Shown here in pieces: positions 1-15,500 of a stretch of DNA of 64,000 nt. The stretch is taken from positions 340,581-404,580 of the forward strand of contig NW_002060966.1 in assembly GCF_000150275.1 (NCBI RefSeq), read 5' to 3'. Made by a program: the position numbers and the translations under genes. This stretch comes from Trichoplax adhaerens (Eukaryota > Animalia > Placozoa). Under the pieces are notes generated by a model. It was not told the origin of the DNA. It ran no database searches and saw only the letters and a list, made by a program, of their open reading frames with translations. Each line of letters begins with the position of its first letter. Position 1 is the stretch's first letter.

Positions 1-257
1 TTTATATAATTCATATTATGCATTATGCTTTTATCCAGTAAGGCTAAAATGTTATTGAAGTATGATATACATGAATAAATCTTGGTTTATATTCACTGCA
101 ATTCGTGGAGAAGATTAAGCATTCTCAAAGGAAATAATTTTGAAAGCTGACCTAATGCTTCCTTCCTTATTGACATTTACCTTATTGTTGGCCTGAAAAT
201 GATACTATAGGAAAATAAGTGATATAATAACAATCTTTTTATAATGCTATTTCTTAG

Positions 258-587
258 TTAATTTATCGGACGGCAGTTTGCGCCTCGTCGGTGGAAGAAC
301 TCCTTATGAAGGACGTATTGAAATTTATTACAAAGGAACGTGGGGAACAATCTGTGGTAAAGGCTTTGGCCAAAATGAAGCGGACGTAGTTTGTCGACAA
401 CTTGGATATGAGAAAGCAGATTTTTGCTGTTCAGATTATTCTATCGGGCAAGGAATAATTTGGCTATATTGGATCGCTTGTCCTACTGGTCGTGAAAGCC
501 ATATTTTGGAATGCAATCACAGTAACTGGGGTCACAATTTCTATTGCACCTGTCCACATACAGAGGACATCGGAGTTACATGTATAG
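258..587 (+). CDS. Exon: scavenger receptor cysteine-rich (SRCR) domain 1
   Basis: LRLVGGRTPYEGRIEIYYKGTWGTIC...ADVVCRQLGY...CPHTEDIGVTC is a canonical SRCR; flanked by ttcttag and gtaaca. Confidence 0.9.
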
Positions 588-3500
588 GTAACATGTTTTA
601 ATTAATGATTACTGTTTGCTACTACTACTAGTCGTATTACATTTCTTATTATTCCAGAGATTTCTTAAACGAAATTCTATATCTTTCTTAGATACGCAGT
701 TTGTAAGAGTATTTGTTTATCGATCTGTAAATAAGTAACATAAAAATTCATTTTCCGGAAAATATAAATACTTAAGTGAAATGTTCTTATTAATATGCTC
801 TCTAGCTCGCTAAAACTAAGCCTGGATTAATTTAATTTAATACGGTAACTTATATCATCATCATAGTGCAATATAGAAGAAATCAAAAGTTAATATTTTT
901 TTAAGATCAAATTTAATGATCGTAACAATTCACGCCAATAACGCATTTGGTTTCAATTAAATGTATAAAGTTTTAATAAATAATTTGTTAATCCTGAACT
1001 GATCAATACGGTGATTAAAGTATATAAAGCATTAGAAATGCAAAAATATAATAAAGTATCCTCATATTTCGATTAAATTGACGTAGTTAGCTTCTTAAAT
1101 TAGCTCTAATTTTAAAGAAATGAAAAACTTATTATTCTCTAGATTCTATAGATTTCAACCAATACATACATAAATAAAGTTAGCCTGCTAAAGTGTTGCA
1201 AATTTTATTTTCAATAGCTAATAACTTAAAAAGATATTATTCGGCATTTGATATACTATTTGACAATCGTCATACTTTTAATATATAGTTAGGCACTTTA
1301 GAAATATCCCAAATTATAGTCTAGTCATTAAACTTGTGGTAATAACAGTCAAAGAGTTGTCAACAATTAAACTAACTGCAGTGGTGCCGTAGATTTTATA
1401 GATAAAGCAAATCGTTTCATTTATGGACTCAAGTAACTATGTTTCCTCCGTCATGTCAAAATTACTAACATCTGAAATCTATTCTAATTTTAGGATATGA
1501 TTACTGCGCTTCTAATCCTTGCGGTATTAATGCTACTTGCTATAATAAAGCCAATGATTATATATGTCGCTGTAAGGACGGTGGATTCAAAAAGAATTGC
1601 TCCGAAGGTACTATACTATCCAAATTAGTGTATAGCAGCCTTAAATTACCTAAATTTAACACAGTAAATTAATAGTTATCGTTAATACTTTATCATATTA
1701 ATATTTCCATATCCGAGGTTATAAAATCATAGAGTGAGACTTTTATCGTCAAGTTTACCTATCTGTTTATAAATTAATATCAGAAGATGGTCGTTCTTTG
1801 ATGAATCTAGCTTGTTTAGTTGTTATGCCCAAAATTTCTTTGCTAAGTGTAAATTTTGCTTTCAAAAATAGAGTTGTCATTAAATATTTTTTACCAATAC
1901 GCTAAATATATTATTTTTTAAGCTTATAAGATAATTGAGATTCAAGAAATCAGATTAGGGAGCATCATGGGCAACAAATTTGATAAAGTTATTTAGTAGT
2001 TATTTAGTAGTTATTTAATAATTATGGAGACTTGTTTATAACAGTTTTCCAACCACCAATGCACGTATTAGAGCAATATAGCAGTGGATGCACGGATAGA
2101 TTAAATAAAATTACTGAATATATTTGGGTTATAGAAATAATCATGAGTGTAATCGTGAATCTGTCATTCCGTTTACCATCCATTAGTTATTATTCCGGGA
2201 GCTGTCCGAATCGTGGAGAGTTTAGATAGGATATTTGGAACCGTTCAAATTTATTCCGGAACATCGTGGTCAAAAATTTGCTGGAGCTCGGTATATCGTT
2301 TAAACGACGCAGCAAAACACCAAATTCAGCAAGCTATAGCTAAATCTGTGGGACAGAAAATCTGTGAAATAGGAATACGCTACGACGATCTTCGACCAAG
2401 TATTGAACCATACGTCAATATTCCTTACATATGTATAGCTGATGGAGACCTTGATATTTTGGGTAATTGTTTACCTTGGCAAGAAGGAATATTGACTTCG
2501 TATTGTGCCACCCGTAACTCTATTTATGCTGTCTGTTCGGGTAAGATAGAGTAAAGAGGACTAACTGATTGACCATAATAAGCTTACTTACATTGTAGCG
2601 ATCAAAGTATACTTGGCTAATCTAGATTCAAGTAGTAATAATAGACTATTTCTAGTTCAAAAATCAAAGCCTTTTGAAGCAGTCTCGCTTATCTTTTTCT
2701 AGAACTTAAGAGATTTTACAAGATTAATGTTTCTGATATTTTAAATAGATTTTCTATCAGTAACTATAACCATAGTACTGCTTTTAAGCATCCTTCTCGT
2801 GCTTATGGCGATTGTAATAGATGTTCTTTAATAGACTTACAAAACTTTTATAATGTAGACACAGCTTGTCTGTCTAATCCTTGCGTTAATGGACATTGCA
2901 CCAATGCTAACGTAAATGATACAGCCTACGTATGTAAATGCGCAGTTGGCTATACTGGTCGAAATTGTGATATAGGTAATTTCTTGACTTTACTACGCTT
3001 TAAAATCAGGCATGATTGACAGTACAGGAAAATTTGTCTTGCGAGTAGCCGAATAGATCGGTATAGTTGCTAATTATTTAAAAGAGCTTGAATAGTTTGA
3101 TCTGTGATTTAAAATCCGTTTGAAATACTTTGGTTTAAATTGGAGTAGAAATTGACCACTGCAAAAGATATCAAAATTTGTGCGACAATAATGCAACTTG
3201 CATTGAAATTGGATCGAGTTTTCGATGTGCTTGCCCTCCAGGTTACGATGGTTCACACTGTCAATATGGTGAGATGCAAGAAACATTATGTAAAACGAAA
3301 CTTTACATATTGAGATGGAATATTCTACTTTTATATTTCTCATAACGAATTTCTAGTCGATTACTTGTAGTATAGCCATCTTTTAATACTTAGCTGTAAA
3401 TAGCAGAGGAGAATAAATTAGACCTAAGTTAATCCTCTATGTATTGATATTAACCTTACGGAATAATTTATGCTATTTAATTAAAAATTTTAGGTCCATA

Positions 3501-6500
3501 TGCGGACGGGAGTATAAGGCTTATTAAGTTGAAATCGGGCGGTTATCAAAGCAGTGAAACATTTAGCCATGTAGCAACATCTCGTGGATATCCAGTTATC
3601 TACTTTAAAAGGCAATGGTTTTCCATATGCTACGATAACTTTCGCATCACTGAAGCGATAGTGGCTTGTAAACAATTAGGTTACGATACTGCACTGAATT
3701 ATGGCTATCAAGGGGAAGATCCTGTTTATAAGACATCGTTATGGTATGATCCTGTTGCTTTACAACGTATTCATTGCAATGGCAATGAAAGCCAGCTGTT
3801 GGAATGTGGAGATGTCAAATGGGATTTTTGTTTCAGAAACCAGATAACTGAACTCAATTGCGGATGTAAGCTGCTAGTAGATTTACAACCTATTTTATAA
3901 AACGCCTAAATTTCCATTTCTTACTATCAACTATGTTTATTTGACAACTTAGCCTGCCCTCCAAATTGCACATGTCGAGAAAATCTCATTATTTGTGTGG
4001 GCAAAGAAATTACAGAGATTCCAGAAACTGCTGGCCTGACTTATGATTATTGCCATATATTGTATGTGCGGCATTAGCTTATGAATATGTGATAATAAAG
4101 CTATCCTAAAATAAGGATATGATAATAAAGCTACCTTAAATAAAACAAGGATAGGATACTATAGCTATCCTAAACTAAATAAGGAAAAGTCCATCGGCGC
4201 TGTATATCTCAGTAGTAGCTTAAAATGTCTTGTATTTTATTCAATAAAGTATTTCAATAATAGCCATTATCTTGCTGGGTAAACAAGAATATCTTAATTT
4301 ATAAATAACCATCTTGTGTGACTAATTAATTAATCCAAGTTTTCCCTTTAGGAAGCTTCGTTTTACTAGCGTCAAGGTGATTAAAGACGATTCTTTTCGA
4401 GCTTACCCTTATGTGAATAAACTGTAAGCCAACAAATTTGTTCCTTTCACCGTGAAATTCAACTTTTTAAGTACTTGCAGAATTAATCACTACAGGTTTC
4501 TAGATCACAATGACATCGTAAGTATATCGAATAACGCCTTTCAGCGCTTGCCTGTTGTCGAGTACATGTAAGTATGTCGTTATGGTACTTGAATCTTTGT
4601 TAGAGTAGTAAATTTCATATTTAACAGTTGCTCGCTGTAGTGACTTCTGCTAATTACAGTAGTTTAGGGCTAATAACCCGTACACTACACAGGCAAAAGG
4701 ATGTAACACACTCGTAATGTTGATAGTATCCTTAATTATAAGAGAATGCTAACTATCACGTTGAGAAATCACAATAACTCTATAGTAAAAGGCCGTAAAA
4801 ACAATAATAAATTTTGAAGACAATTTTATCAAGATATCAACGTTGGCTAAAGGAATCGTTAATTAAATATTATATACAGTATATAAATTTTTAAGCGAGA
4901 AAGCAAACTGACATGAAGGGAGATAAAAAAACTCCATAAATAAGAGCTGCAAATGCGATAAAAATTTTAATGAAACTTTATCAAGAATTCGCCTGCCGCC
5001 AAAAGTATATGCTTCCGTAAAATTTAAACTGATTGTCATGCAAATGATTTAATATCAAATTATTTTCATTCGTTTATGATATATAAATTACTAATAAATA
5101 CGCATTAATACACGAATTGAGATACTTAATATTCTTGCAAGACGAGCAGAGAGGAAGTTTTCAAATTCGAGTTATATTAGCTCCGCTTATGATGCAAACT
5201 TTTTTTAATTTTATTAGAACTTTAGCTTTCAACCCTTTAACCAATACATCTGGTCGAGCATTCTCCAATTTGCCTAAGCTTTCCATTCTGTAAGTAATTA
5301 CGATAAAGTCAGATTACGGTAGTTTAGGCTTTCAATAATTGCCTTGACTCTTCAATTTTAGCTAGAGAACAATTAAAGCTAACGAAAAGTTTTATGCGAC
5401 TCTGAGTTTCTAACTCGGTTTTGATATAATTTACACAGTGAACTTGCCAATACTAGCTTTTCCATCCAAGAAACAATCTTTAATGTGCCAGCTTTAGCTA
5501 GATTGTGAGTTTACTAATTGCAATTATAGTTTTACCTTGGTTCTACATGATTAAAATATTTTTCTTCAATCTGTTTGTCATTATATAGACATTTGCAAAT
5601 GATGCGACTGAAGTATTATGATGAAAGAATAACTCGTAATATGAGAAGATTAAATAAATTGTGAGTATTCGTCGGTTTATGGATTTACATATTGTTTTGT
5701 ACTGTTTAAATGCCAAAAAAACCTGAAAAAGTTCTCTCTAGGAAGCACGCCAGCCACTCATTTATTATTCAATCATTTGACACTATCTTTTTTCTTTAAA
5801 ATCTAGATATTTAGATGAAAATGCGATAGTATGTCTACATCATGATGAATTCTTTCACTTGAAGAAATTACAGATTCTGTAAGATCTTTCGATACTATTC
5901 ATGTGTAGAAGAAGATTACAGTCTCCAATTTGACGATTGGTCATACTACTTTTCGTTTCTATTAGAAAACTGTACAATTTATTTCTCCAAAAGCCTGCAT
6001 GCCATCATGAAGAATGATTGTAACTATTTCCAATGTCTTCTTCTATCTGTAGCTCCCTGAGGACAAATCAAATTTGGAATATTCATCGTTATGCTCTAAA
6101 CGGATTAAAGGAATTAACAACATTGTAAGCTTAACGAGTTATATCGAAATTAGGCCATTATTTTTCTATTGAGATCATTTATTGATTTTACTAAATGTAT
6201 TTATAAAATGTGATTGTTCGAATCAGAAAACTAGGTGGAAACAGAATTTCTAATATTGATGGCAATATTTTTCATACCGCCCCGAAATTGCAGCTTATGT
6301 AAGTATTGACCTTAATCACTCGCTAAACTAAACTGATGGTATTGTAAAATAAAGATTCCTAGGAAAGATAGAAATATGAACGGTGGCTAATATTTTTATT
6401 CAGCATGTAGCAAATTTTATTTAGTACCTTACTGTATGTCTATTTATATTTCAGAGGGTTACACAAAAATCGATTTAAAGAAATTGGTTACTTAACATTT

Positions 6501-9500
6501 TATAACTCTTCGTCCATTCATTCAATGTATGGATGTCTCTTTATCTCTATTAATCAATTTTAGATAGTATTTCTGTATTATATCGATGCCATGGACTAAG
6601 AATTTTTATTTCCTTCGTGAATTTTAATCTACGACAATATATTTTATGGCACGCTGATAGCAATCTTAGGGACAATTCGATTAATTACATTTATCCAGAT
6701 GCATTTCATGGGATGACAGGACTTCGAAAATTGTAAGCTAGCACTATCATTATACGCGCAGCTTGAGATAAACTTATAAAATGGTGGTTATACGTGCATA
6801 TTCATTATTCGTTCATGCTTTTCTAAAACATTTTAGAGAATTAGCCAACAATCGGTTTACTTATGTTTCCAGAGAATTATTATCCAGGCATCTTAGCAAT
6901 TTAACATATCTGTTAGTTGAAATTTCATACAACAACTAGTCTTAAAGCGATCTTTCTAGCTAATTTAATTCTCTAGTTGTTACCTAACTTTATCCTGTCT
7001 GTAGACGATAACTATATGACTTCTAATTGTCTTGGAATTATTTGAATGTCTTGTACAGTGCAAATTTTATGTATCAGCTGATATTTGTTAACAAAATTAG
7101 TCAGATAAAAAATTAAAACAGACTACTATAAATTCTTTCGATTGAAAACGAAACCTAAATATGTCCTAATCTACATACTTGTATGCATCGAGCGAATAAC
7201 TCTGGAAAATGCACATAATCTTAGAAATACATCACTATAAGTTCAACTTAATTTTTCCTCAGTTCCATTAGTTAAGGGTGAACTCTACTGCGTGGTATTG
7301 AAGTGTAGAGCTCTTTAATTTTTGGTGATAAATTGATCGGTTAACGTGATTCTGTTTCGCCTTCGGAAGCTTACTTAATTTTCCTAAGTTACTAGGATAA
7401 ATACTAATCGTTATTATCATGTTAGATATACTATGCTTACTAATTTGCTATTCTTTAACTCGATACTATTACTATAGCTGTCTAATGGGAAATTTCATTT
7501 CAAGAATAGAACCACGAAGCTTTAGTAACTTGATAAATTTGCAAACGTTGTAAGTTTCATTTGTATTGTAGTTTAAGAATATTGTCTACCATGAATAATG
7601 AATTTACAGTAGGTTGCATATGTAGTACTCATGATTATTAGTGTTTAGTATCATAAGACTTAGAATACTGCTTGCAATATTATATTCAGAATAGTTTAGT
7701 CGATGGTTTTTATGTAACATCATTTACTGTTAAATTTTTGGTACAGGGTTTTATCCAATAATCCGATATCAAATCTATATGGTTATGCATTTTCTAAATT
7801 AAGGAACTTAACCAGATTGTGAGAGATTTTCAAATTAATAACTAATGCTCGCTAGAAAATCAATAGCTCACGGAGCAAATACGATTATAAATAATTAAAA
7901 CCTGAAATTAATTGGAAGTAAACAGTAGTTAATCAATAAATACTATATAACTCTAGAAGTGTAAATCATTGCCTGTTAGAGAAGATCGAAAAGAATGTAT
8001 TTTCGGGAAGATTACTTAACCTTCAAATTTTGTAAGTTTATCCATTTTTGTGATTTCCGAAACATATGAAATCTATTGAGAAAAAATTGGAAGTAGCCAA
8101 AATATAGTAATTTTGGAAGTTGAAATTTGCCATCACGTGAATTTAAAAACATTTACCAACCTAGCTATTTTATAATATTTTATAAGCTGTTCAGAAAAAT
8201 AGTAATTCTAGTGACTTTTAGCATAATTGAAGTCAAAATTAAAATTTTGGAGACTAATAGTAAAATTGAATTTAATATACTTTATGCTATATTATTTCTT
8301 ATGTTTGCTAGCACATTGCGATCATCGCAGCGAATCAAATATAATATTGCAGTCTAATTTCGAGAAAATATTATTAGGGATCTACAACATAATAACTTAA
8401 TAGATTTACAATTTCTTGGAGAGATGCCCAGCTTGCGGAACCTGTAAGTTGAACGTATATTTTAATAATAAGCATGTTTGTAGTATCTAAATGATACGAT
8501 AAAATTGCCCGTTCTAGATACTATTTGCAGGCTATGTGAATAGCGAAAAACCTTCTCAATATATTTTAATTTTTAACTATCTACTATGCATTAAATATCT
8601 CATTTAATTTTCATCTTACCTTGACGGAATTTCATGCATTAGCTAATATTTTGCATTAAAGCTTCTAATAGATAATAGCAGTAATTATATGCTTTAGGCA
8701 GTGGAAAGATTTACGGTAGAATTCTTCTTATATTCCAGTTTTCTATTCTACTATTATGATTAAAAAGTATTAAATATTATTAGGAATCCCCTGGCAATTC
8801 TGAATATATATCGTTAATCTAAGTAATCAATTATAAAGTGTTCTCTTATAATAATATTACTCTATGGTTCATTGTTACGGAGCAAAGCATCGTACTTGCT
8901 AATTAAATAGATTTTGTCAGTATTTAGCTAATGGATCATATTGGTAAGCATGATTGAAATTAAGAATATTAATTTCTAGATTGCTAGACGACAAAAGGCA
9001 TAATTGTATTTGCAATTAATTAGTAGAGCCTATATACAGTAGATATTAATAATGGCGATACGTTAGCACCCGCTACGAACGCGCGATTATCATGCATTTA
9101 TCGTGCGATTATCGCGCATTTATCGTGTGATTATCGCGAATTTATCGTGTGACTATCGCGCACTTATCGTGCGATTATCGCGTATGCAAATCATGTAAAT
9201 CTTATATTGTCAAGTTACTATGTGTGCACCATAAATTTAGTGGAATGGTATAAAAGGACGAGCGAATGCTCAGTTCCTGAGTTCCTTATTAGATCGTGTA
9301 CGAGAAGGTACTCGGCTACTCTACTAATAAAAACTATACTAATCTTTTAGAACAGTCTTATCCCTGTGTGACCGAAAGTAGTAAAGAACTACCATACAGT
9401 AGATCTCCAGATGTAGTGGAGCAAGGCATAAGTAATCTATTAGTTTAGTGTAGTAGTTCGCAACATAAGTTTGTGACATTCATATACTTGAAAGAAAGTT

Positions 9501-12500
9501 TTCATTTCTGAGATTAATGGTAGAAGCTACTATTTCTTGGTCTGAATTAGGTTTCAACTTTAACATCGATCACTATGTTTTGATAGCAATTTAGCCGAAA
9601 ATAAGTTGAAGATATTGCAATATGATAATTTCAAGACTTTGCCTGGTCTACAAAACCTGTAAGTAATTGTGAATCATTCTTAAATTATATGTGTTAGCTC
9701 GAATTTTTAATTACAGTTTGAAGAGTCCTCATTTTAAGTTCGAGTTTTTTCATATTTAAGATTATTTCAGACAGATGGTATCACATTTATGACGATGACA
9801 ATAAAGCAGTCTAAATTGCACTATTCATTAACTCATTACAATTACACATATTAGCTTTGATCGTACAATATCACATCTTCTCTCGATTAGCTATTATTTC
9901 AAATATTAATCAGCGCTATTCTTACTATTATCAAAAATTTTTTTTTTTCATACGTACATGCAGTTCTAATCTATTTCTAATCTATTCAAGAGGCTTTAGC
10001 TCGTAATTTTAAGATCAATCATAACAAAGTCTCTTGTTTTAGGCCTATAAATGTAGCTTAATTGATATTTACATAATTTAAACCAGGAATCTATCCAAAA
10101 ATTACTTTCTAACATATATGGAACCTCATATTTTTGGCAATTTGCACTCTCTAGTGACGCTGTAAGTAATAAAGCAAACTGTCTTATAATAATACTAAGC
10201 AATTACTTTCAACTTCGTTCTGGTTGTATTATGCTTAGGGATTTGCACGATTGCTATAATATTAAAGGGAATCTCGAGGCTATCTTGAACTCTAAATTAC
10301 TTCATCTTACTAAATTGTAATTCAATCACTCTCATCTTCACATTATTCTAAAGTTTAAAAGTTTAAAACAGAACTGTTTAATTTATAGGAATATGGCACA
10401 TACCGGACTCTCTAAAATAACTGATTATCACTTTGAAAATTTTAGTTCCCTCATCGAGCTGTAAATAATTCTGTGTATTCTTAAAATGAAAAATACCGAT
10501 TATTTATTAAATCAAAACGATGCCTGATGTATCATCTACCTTATTCATATAATGTCATAGAATAACCACATTAGTTTATGCAATTGATATACAATCATCG
10601 ATGAAACAAAGTATTAATGCATATTTTAGTAATTAATGTTATGAATTGATGCTGTATGACATAGATGCAATTTAATTTTCGTGATATTCTGATTATTAAA
10701 TCATATAGTTATTAGTATTTATTACCTTTAACGCTATCGGGAAATTTCGGTTCTCATTTTCTTTTACGGTAATAATACTTGCTACAAAATTTATAAATTT
10801 CTACAGAATACCGCTCAAGCGTTACTAGTAAAGACATTAATTCCATGGAACTAATGCTAATGATATAGAAGATATTTCTATCATTCATGATGCGCAGATT
10901 GATTGTAACAAAAAAATTACCGGCATGCTGCTTAGTACAATAATTCTTTCCTGTCTGTTGTAAATAGCTTTAAAGTTAAAATTATTGTGGACTATATCAT
11001 TGGCGTAAATCAATTAATCGATATATTTGATTAGTTTATCTGCAAAAACCTTAATCCATAATTCTAACTAATAGCAATAGGATCATTTTTGGAAAATTTG
11101 GTAAATTTGTTTTATTTTTTCTCTGTGCAGGGACATTAGTAACAATAAGATTCAAAAATTACCAAATAAACGCTTTTTTGGAGACAAATTGAAAATTTTG
11201 TGAGTAGAACCATTATGTTCACTTTTTAAGATTTGTTATCGAAATCAACGCCTTAAAAATGGGTTATTTGTGCCGCCTATTCTTTCAATGATACTATCTA
11301 GAAATCTAAACGGAAATAATTTCACATCTATCAACTGCTCTATATTTAATCCAGTTATCAAATCATGGAAATATTCAACGTGGATACGACATTTGTCAGT
11401 AACAAAAAAATTATTAAGACGGAATTAAAATATAATACCTGAAAAATATATCTAATGAAAGAAAATTCTACTCCAATTACAGGCACATTTGGGATACTTC
11501 CGTGGTTAACTATTCCGTTAATTGTCGGAATTTATTCACTAAGTTGACAGGACTGTAAGTTTACCATATTCTTTAAAAGCAAAGAGGTCGAAAATTTATT
11601 TCAAATAGGAAGAACTTTTCTAGAAATAAAGAAACATCTACTGTTGATACTAGCATTACTAGTATTGATGTTACAACAGAGCTCATGACTATCGCATTAC
11701 GTAGTATAACTTTCTGCTTTTGGCCATACTCTTATTGTAATGTAGTATGCGCTTTAAATTATTCCATTCATATTTATTTACACTTTTAATTAACTTAGAT
11801 TTTATTCACAGGAGTGTTGGTGGTCAAAAAACATTTCATAATAATGAACCCTCAAAAATTACTGAATTTTTAAATAACTTGGGCTTCATTACATATTTGT
11901 AAGTTGGGATACTATGATTCTGTGGTCTGCTCCTAAATAGTAAATTTTATATACATGTTATATGAAATGGAAATATCTTAATAATCAATACAGAGTTACT
12001 CTATATTGAAGGTTTAATGATAATTTAGATTAGATATGGTAGCAATTGTATGTAAGCAATATAAAATCCCTCTATGGATAGATGCTAAGTTCACCTTCCA
12101 TTAGATATTAACCTATCCTTGATATTCCTTCCTTTTCATTTACAGAAACATTGCCGATAGTAATATTAAGTCTCTACCTGTCCAATTCTTTTACAATAGG
12201 AGAAAGGGTGATTTAACTCTGTAAGCAATTACTATAATTAATAGTATTCCATCTAACCAATATGCTTTTATCCAAATATTGCTTGTTTTAATCGACTAAT
12301 TTTAGGCGTTTGGATGATAATCCACTGGTCCTTAATAATACAATTCACTACCCGTATGCTCATATTTCGATTGTTTCTCTGTAAGTTCATAAGAAATTCT
12401 GTTAAGATTTTACTGTAATTTATTTAAATTACGATGCCATCGTATTATAGCTAAATTCAAATTAATATTAATCAAATTGTTTTAATCTAATTTTATCTAA

Positions 12501-15500
12501 AGCTAAAGTGATGATTATCTTATTCTAAACAGTTTTTCCAATATGATTATTTATGTATTTAATATAGGGGATTGAAAAGTGCGTTACATCATATTAACAC
12601 CAATGATCATTGGCGACTTTCGAAGTTAACATCCTTTGTAAAAGATATGTAAGTAAAGGACGATTTTGTCCAATATGTGCATATATTTTGATTAATACTG
12701 TAGACTTAATTTTTCGAACTCAAATATAGCTATGTGAGAAGTATTATTTTCATAGATAGAATCACCTCCTATTCATAAAAATTATAGAACATCATACTTT
12801 TAATTGATATTGTATCTTTAATTGCATTAGTATTTTATAATAATAATAATTAAAAAGTGCTTATATCTCAGATATTATGCAATTGTGCAAGCCATATTGA
12901 CATATGTGTGATATACGCGTATGTACAGTAATTTGACTTATTGTAAATAGCCGTATACCTCACAAATGTGATGCTGATATTACAGTAATACTAAACATAT
13001 TTTGCACCATATATATGATAGCGATTTATCATGTAATGGCTTAAAAACATTGGATATATCATTAGTTGTCGGAGAAGGGTCGGCAACTCTCAAATCACTG
13101 TAAGTATTGTAAAGCATGAAATAAATTTTGGCCAAGAAAATAAATTTACATTCCAATTACTCTATCTGCTTTGAATTTTAGAGATGTATTTAATAATTCT
13201 TTGACTGGAATTATAAACGAACGAAAGGAACACTTTTTAGCTGCTAATTCCCTGTATGCCATGTTTTGTTTATTGATTGAGCGTTAAACTTCGTAAACTT
13301 TAAACTGATTGAAGATGATTCTCCGCCTGCACAAATTCATTGAAGCTGATTATATTTTGTTCTCACTTATTTAGCAATTTAGGCAGTAACTTAATAACAG
13401 ATATTTGTGAACTCGCAATTTTGAAATATATGCCTCATATATTATATTTGTAAGGATTCTAGAAATAAAAGTATTAGTCTTGTATAACTAGTATCTTTTA
13501 AATACGATACTGGCGATCGATAATCTAGGATCATAATTATTTTTATATTTAATTTTTTATAGAGATATTTCCAACAACCATATTACCACACTCAAACCAT
13601 TTTGCTTTATTTATACTTCTGAATTACGCTTCATGTGAGTTGAATTATTATAAACCTTATCCATCGAGCCAATATTTAAGACAATTTTATGTTATTAACA
13701 GAAATTTGGGAAGTATAAATATGTAGAAAATTTATTCTCTCGTTGGTTACAAAATGATATAACTACTCCTTCAATCCGTACATCTAATAAGTTGTGCATT
13801 GTTACTAAATTATTATTAAGTTATGACAGAATTTTATTATTTAGAAACAAGTTTAACTCTGGCTTATATTTAAGTAATATATGTTAATTTATTAATAGTA
13901 TGCTATCGAAAGACTTACATTCAGAAAATACAACATATAACCGATCACGAAAATATACTTCTAGTCTAAAATCTAAGCCTACTGTGCAAATAATATTATC
14001 ATATAGCTATCTAGTCTAACCGATAATTGATTCGCTGCTATCTGAATATTTGATAACTATCCAAGAAATTATCCAAACTAAATCGATTCTATAACTGATG
14101 TGCGTTCAATTTAATTTCTAATGTCGAACAATTTTCGGCAACTACATGGCTCATTATCTTATCAAATATATTTGCATGTATATCTGTTATTTGCAAGTTT
14201 GTATCAATCACCCTAGTCTCAAGAAAATCTCGCATCTATCCAAAATTGACTTTAATTTAAATATTATCGTTATCAGGATATAATGTTTATAAAAATAATC
14301 GGCTACCTTTTCGGATCTTTAATTAGAAATCTGCAAAATAATCAACTTGATCAAGTTATAACAGATTCATTCTATGGACCAACATATTTATACAAGCTGT
14401 AAGTTATAATTTATCTTTTACGCTAATGCTGGCATAAGATATTGTTGGATGCACCTTTATAGGTTTATAGCGTTAGGTGATTGATATATATCTTATACTT
14501 GAAGTGATTTTCGATGACAAATGCTTACTTTATTTTAGTAAGATAGCGTACTTTGAGGTTTGTTGATGATAACGTTATCTATGACATTATAATCAGTTTT
14601 AAAAATATTATCTATGTAAACCCTTTATAAATTGCCCAAATTCCAAAGTTTAGATTCAGTTTTGTCTAAAGTAATAAGTAGCTTACGACAATTTTCTGGT
14701 GAAGGTCGTCAGTGATTAGTCGTACGTTAGTTCGATGTCGTAAGGATAAACCTGACAGTAGGCAAGTAGTCTGTTATTTATTAGTTGCAATTTAACTTCC
14801 TCGTTACAAATGTTAATGTATAATAATTCTAAACAATAGATGGTGGCATAAGCTCTATTTTTCGCCTAGACATCGCCTATGTTGATTAATAATATACGCT
14901 TAATTGATCATTTAAATTATAAATCTTGGCTACCACAACGATGCTATATCAAATAATGTAGTAAATAAATTTTATTGTTAACGCGAGTGAGTGTACTTGT
15001 TACAATCTTTTAACAGTGCATCAATTCTGTAAACTAGCCTTGGTGATTGTTTATGCCTGAATATTTGTATCTTGAGTAATGCAAGGCTAATTTCTACAAT
15101 CTTTTAGGACTGCCGATCGGGGATATTTCTGTTGTATCGTCCCCGCTAAAATTAAAGAATGCTCAGTGACAGAATTTAATAGTCGTAATAAAATATCTAA
15201 TTGCCATGATTTACTTGCTAATCCATCTTTACGCATCTTTACCTGGATTGTTTCCATTCTAGCAGTCATTGGTAATGCTTTGGTTATTCTTTTATATCGT
15301 CGCGATAGTAAAGCTGGTCATCCTGTACCCAAATTAGTGGTTAGCCATCTTGCTTTCGCTGATTTCCTTATGGGACTTTATCTTTTAATTATAGCTATTG
15401 CTGATATGTTAACTCGCCATGACTATGGCATTTATTCCGTTTACTGGAATAAGCATCCTATGTGTTTATTAGCTAGCTTCCTAATGTCGTTATCCAGCTT

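Noticed and set aside
156-197. MLPSLLTFTLLLA as the signal-peptide exon of the GPCR
   Set aside because: It is followed directly by TGA with no usable splice donor, so it cannot be joined to the SRCR exon.
13702-13780. Extra LRR exon starting NLGSIN
   Set aside because: In-frame TAG after seven codons and no clear donor.
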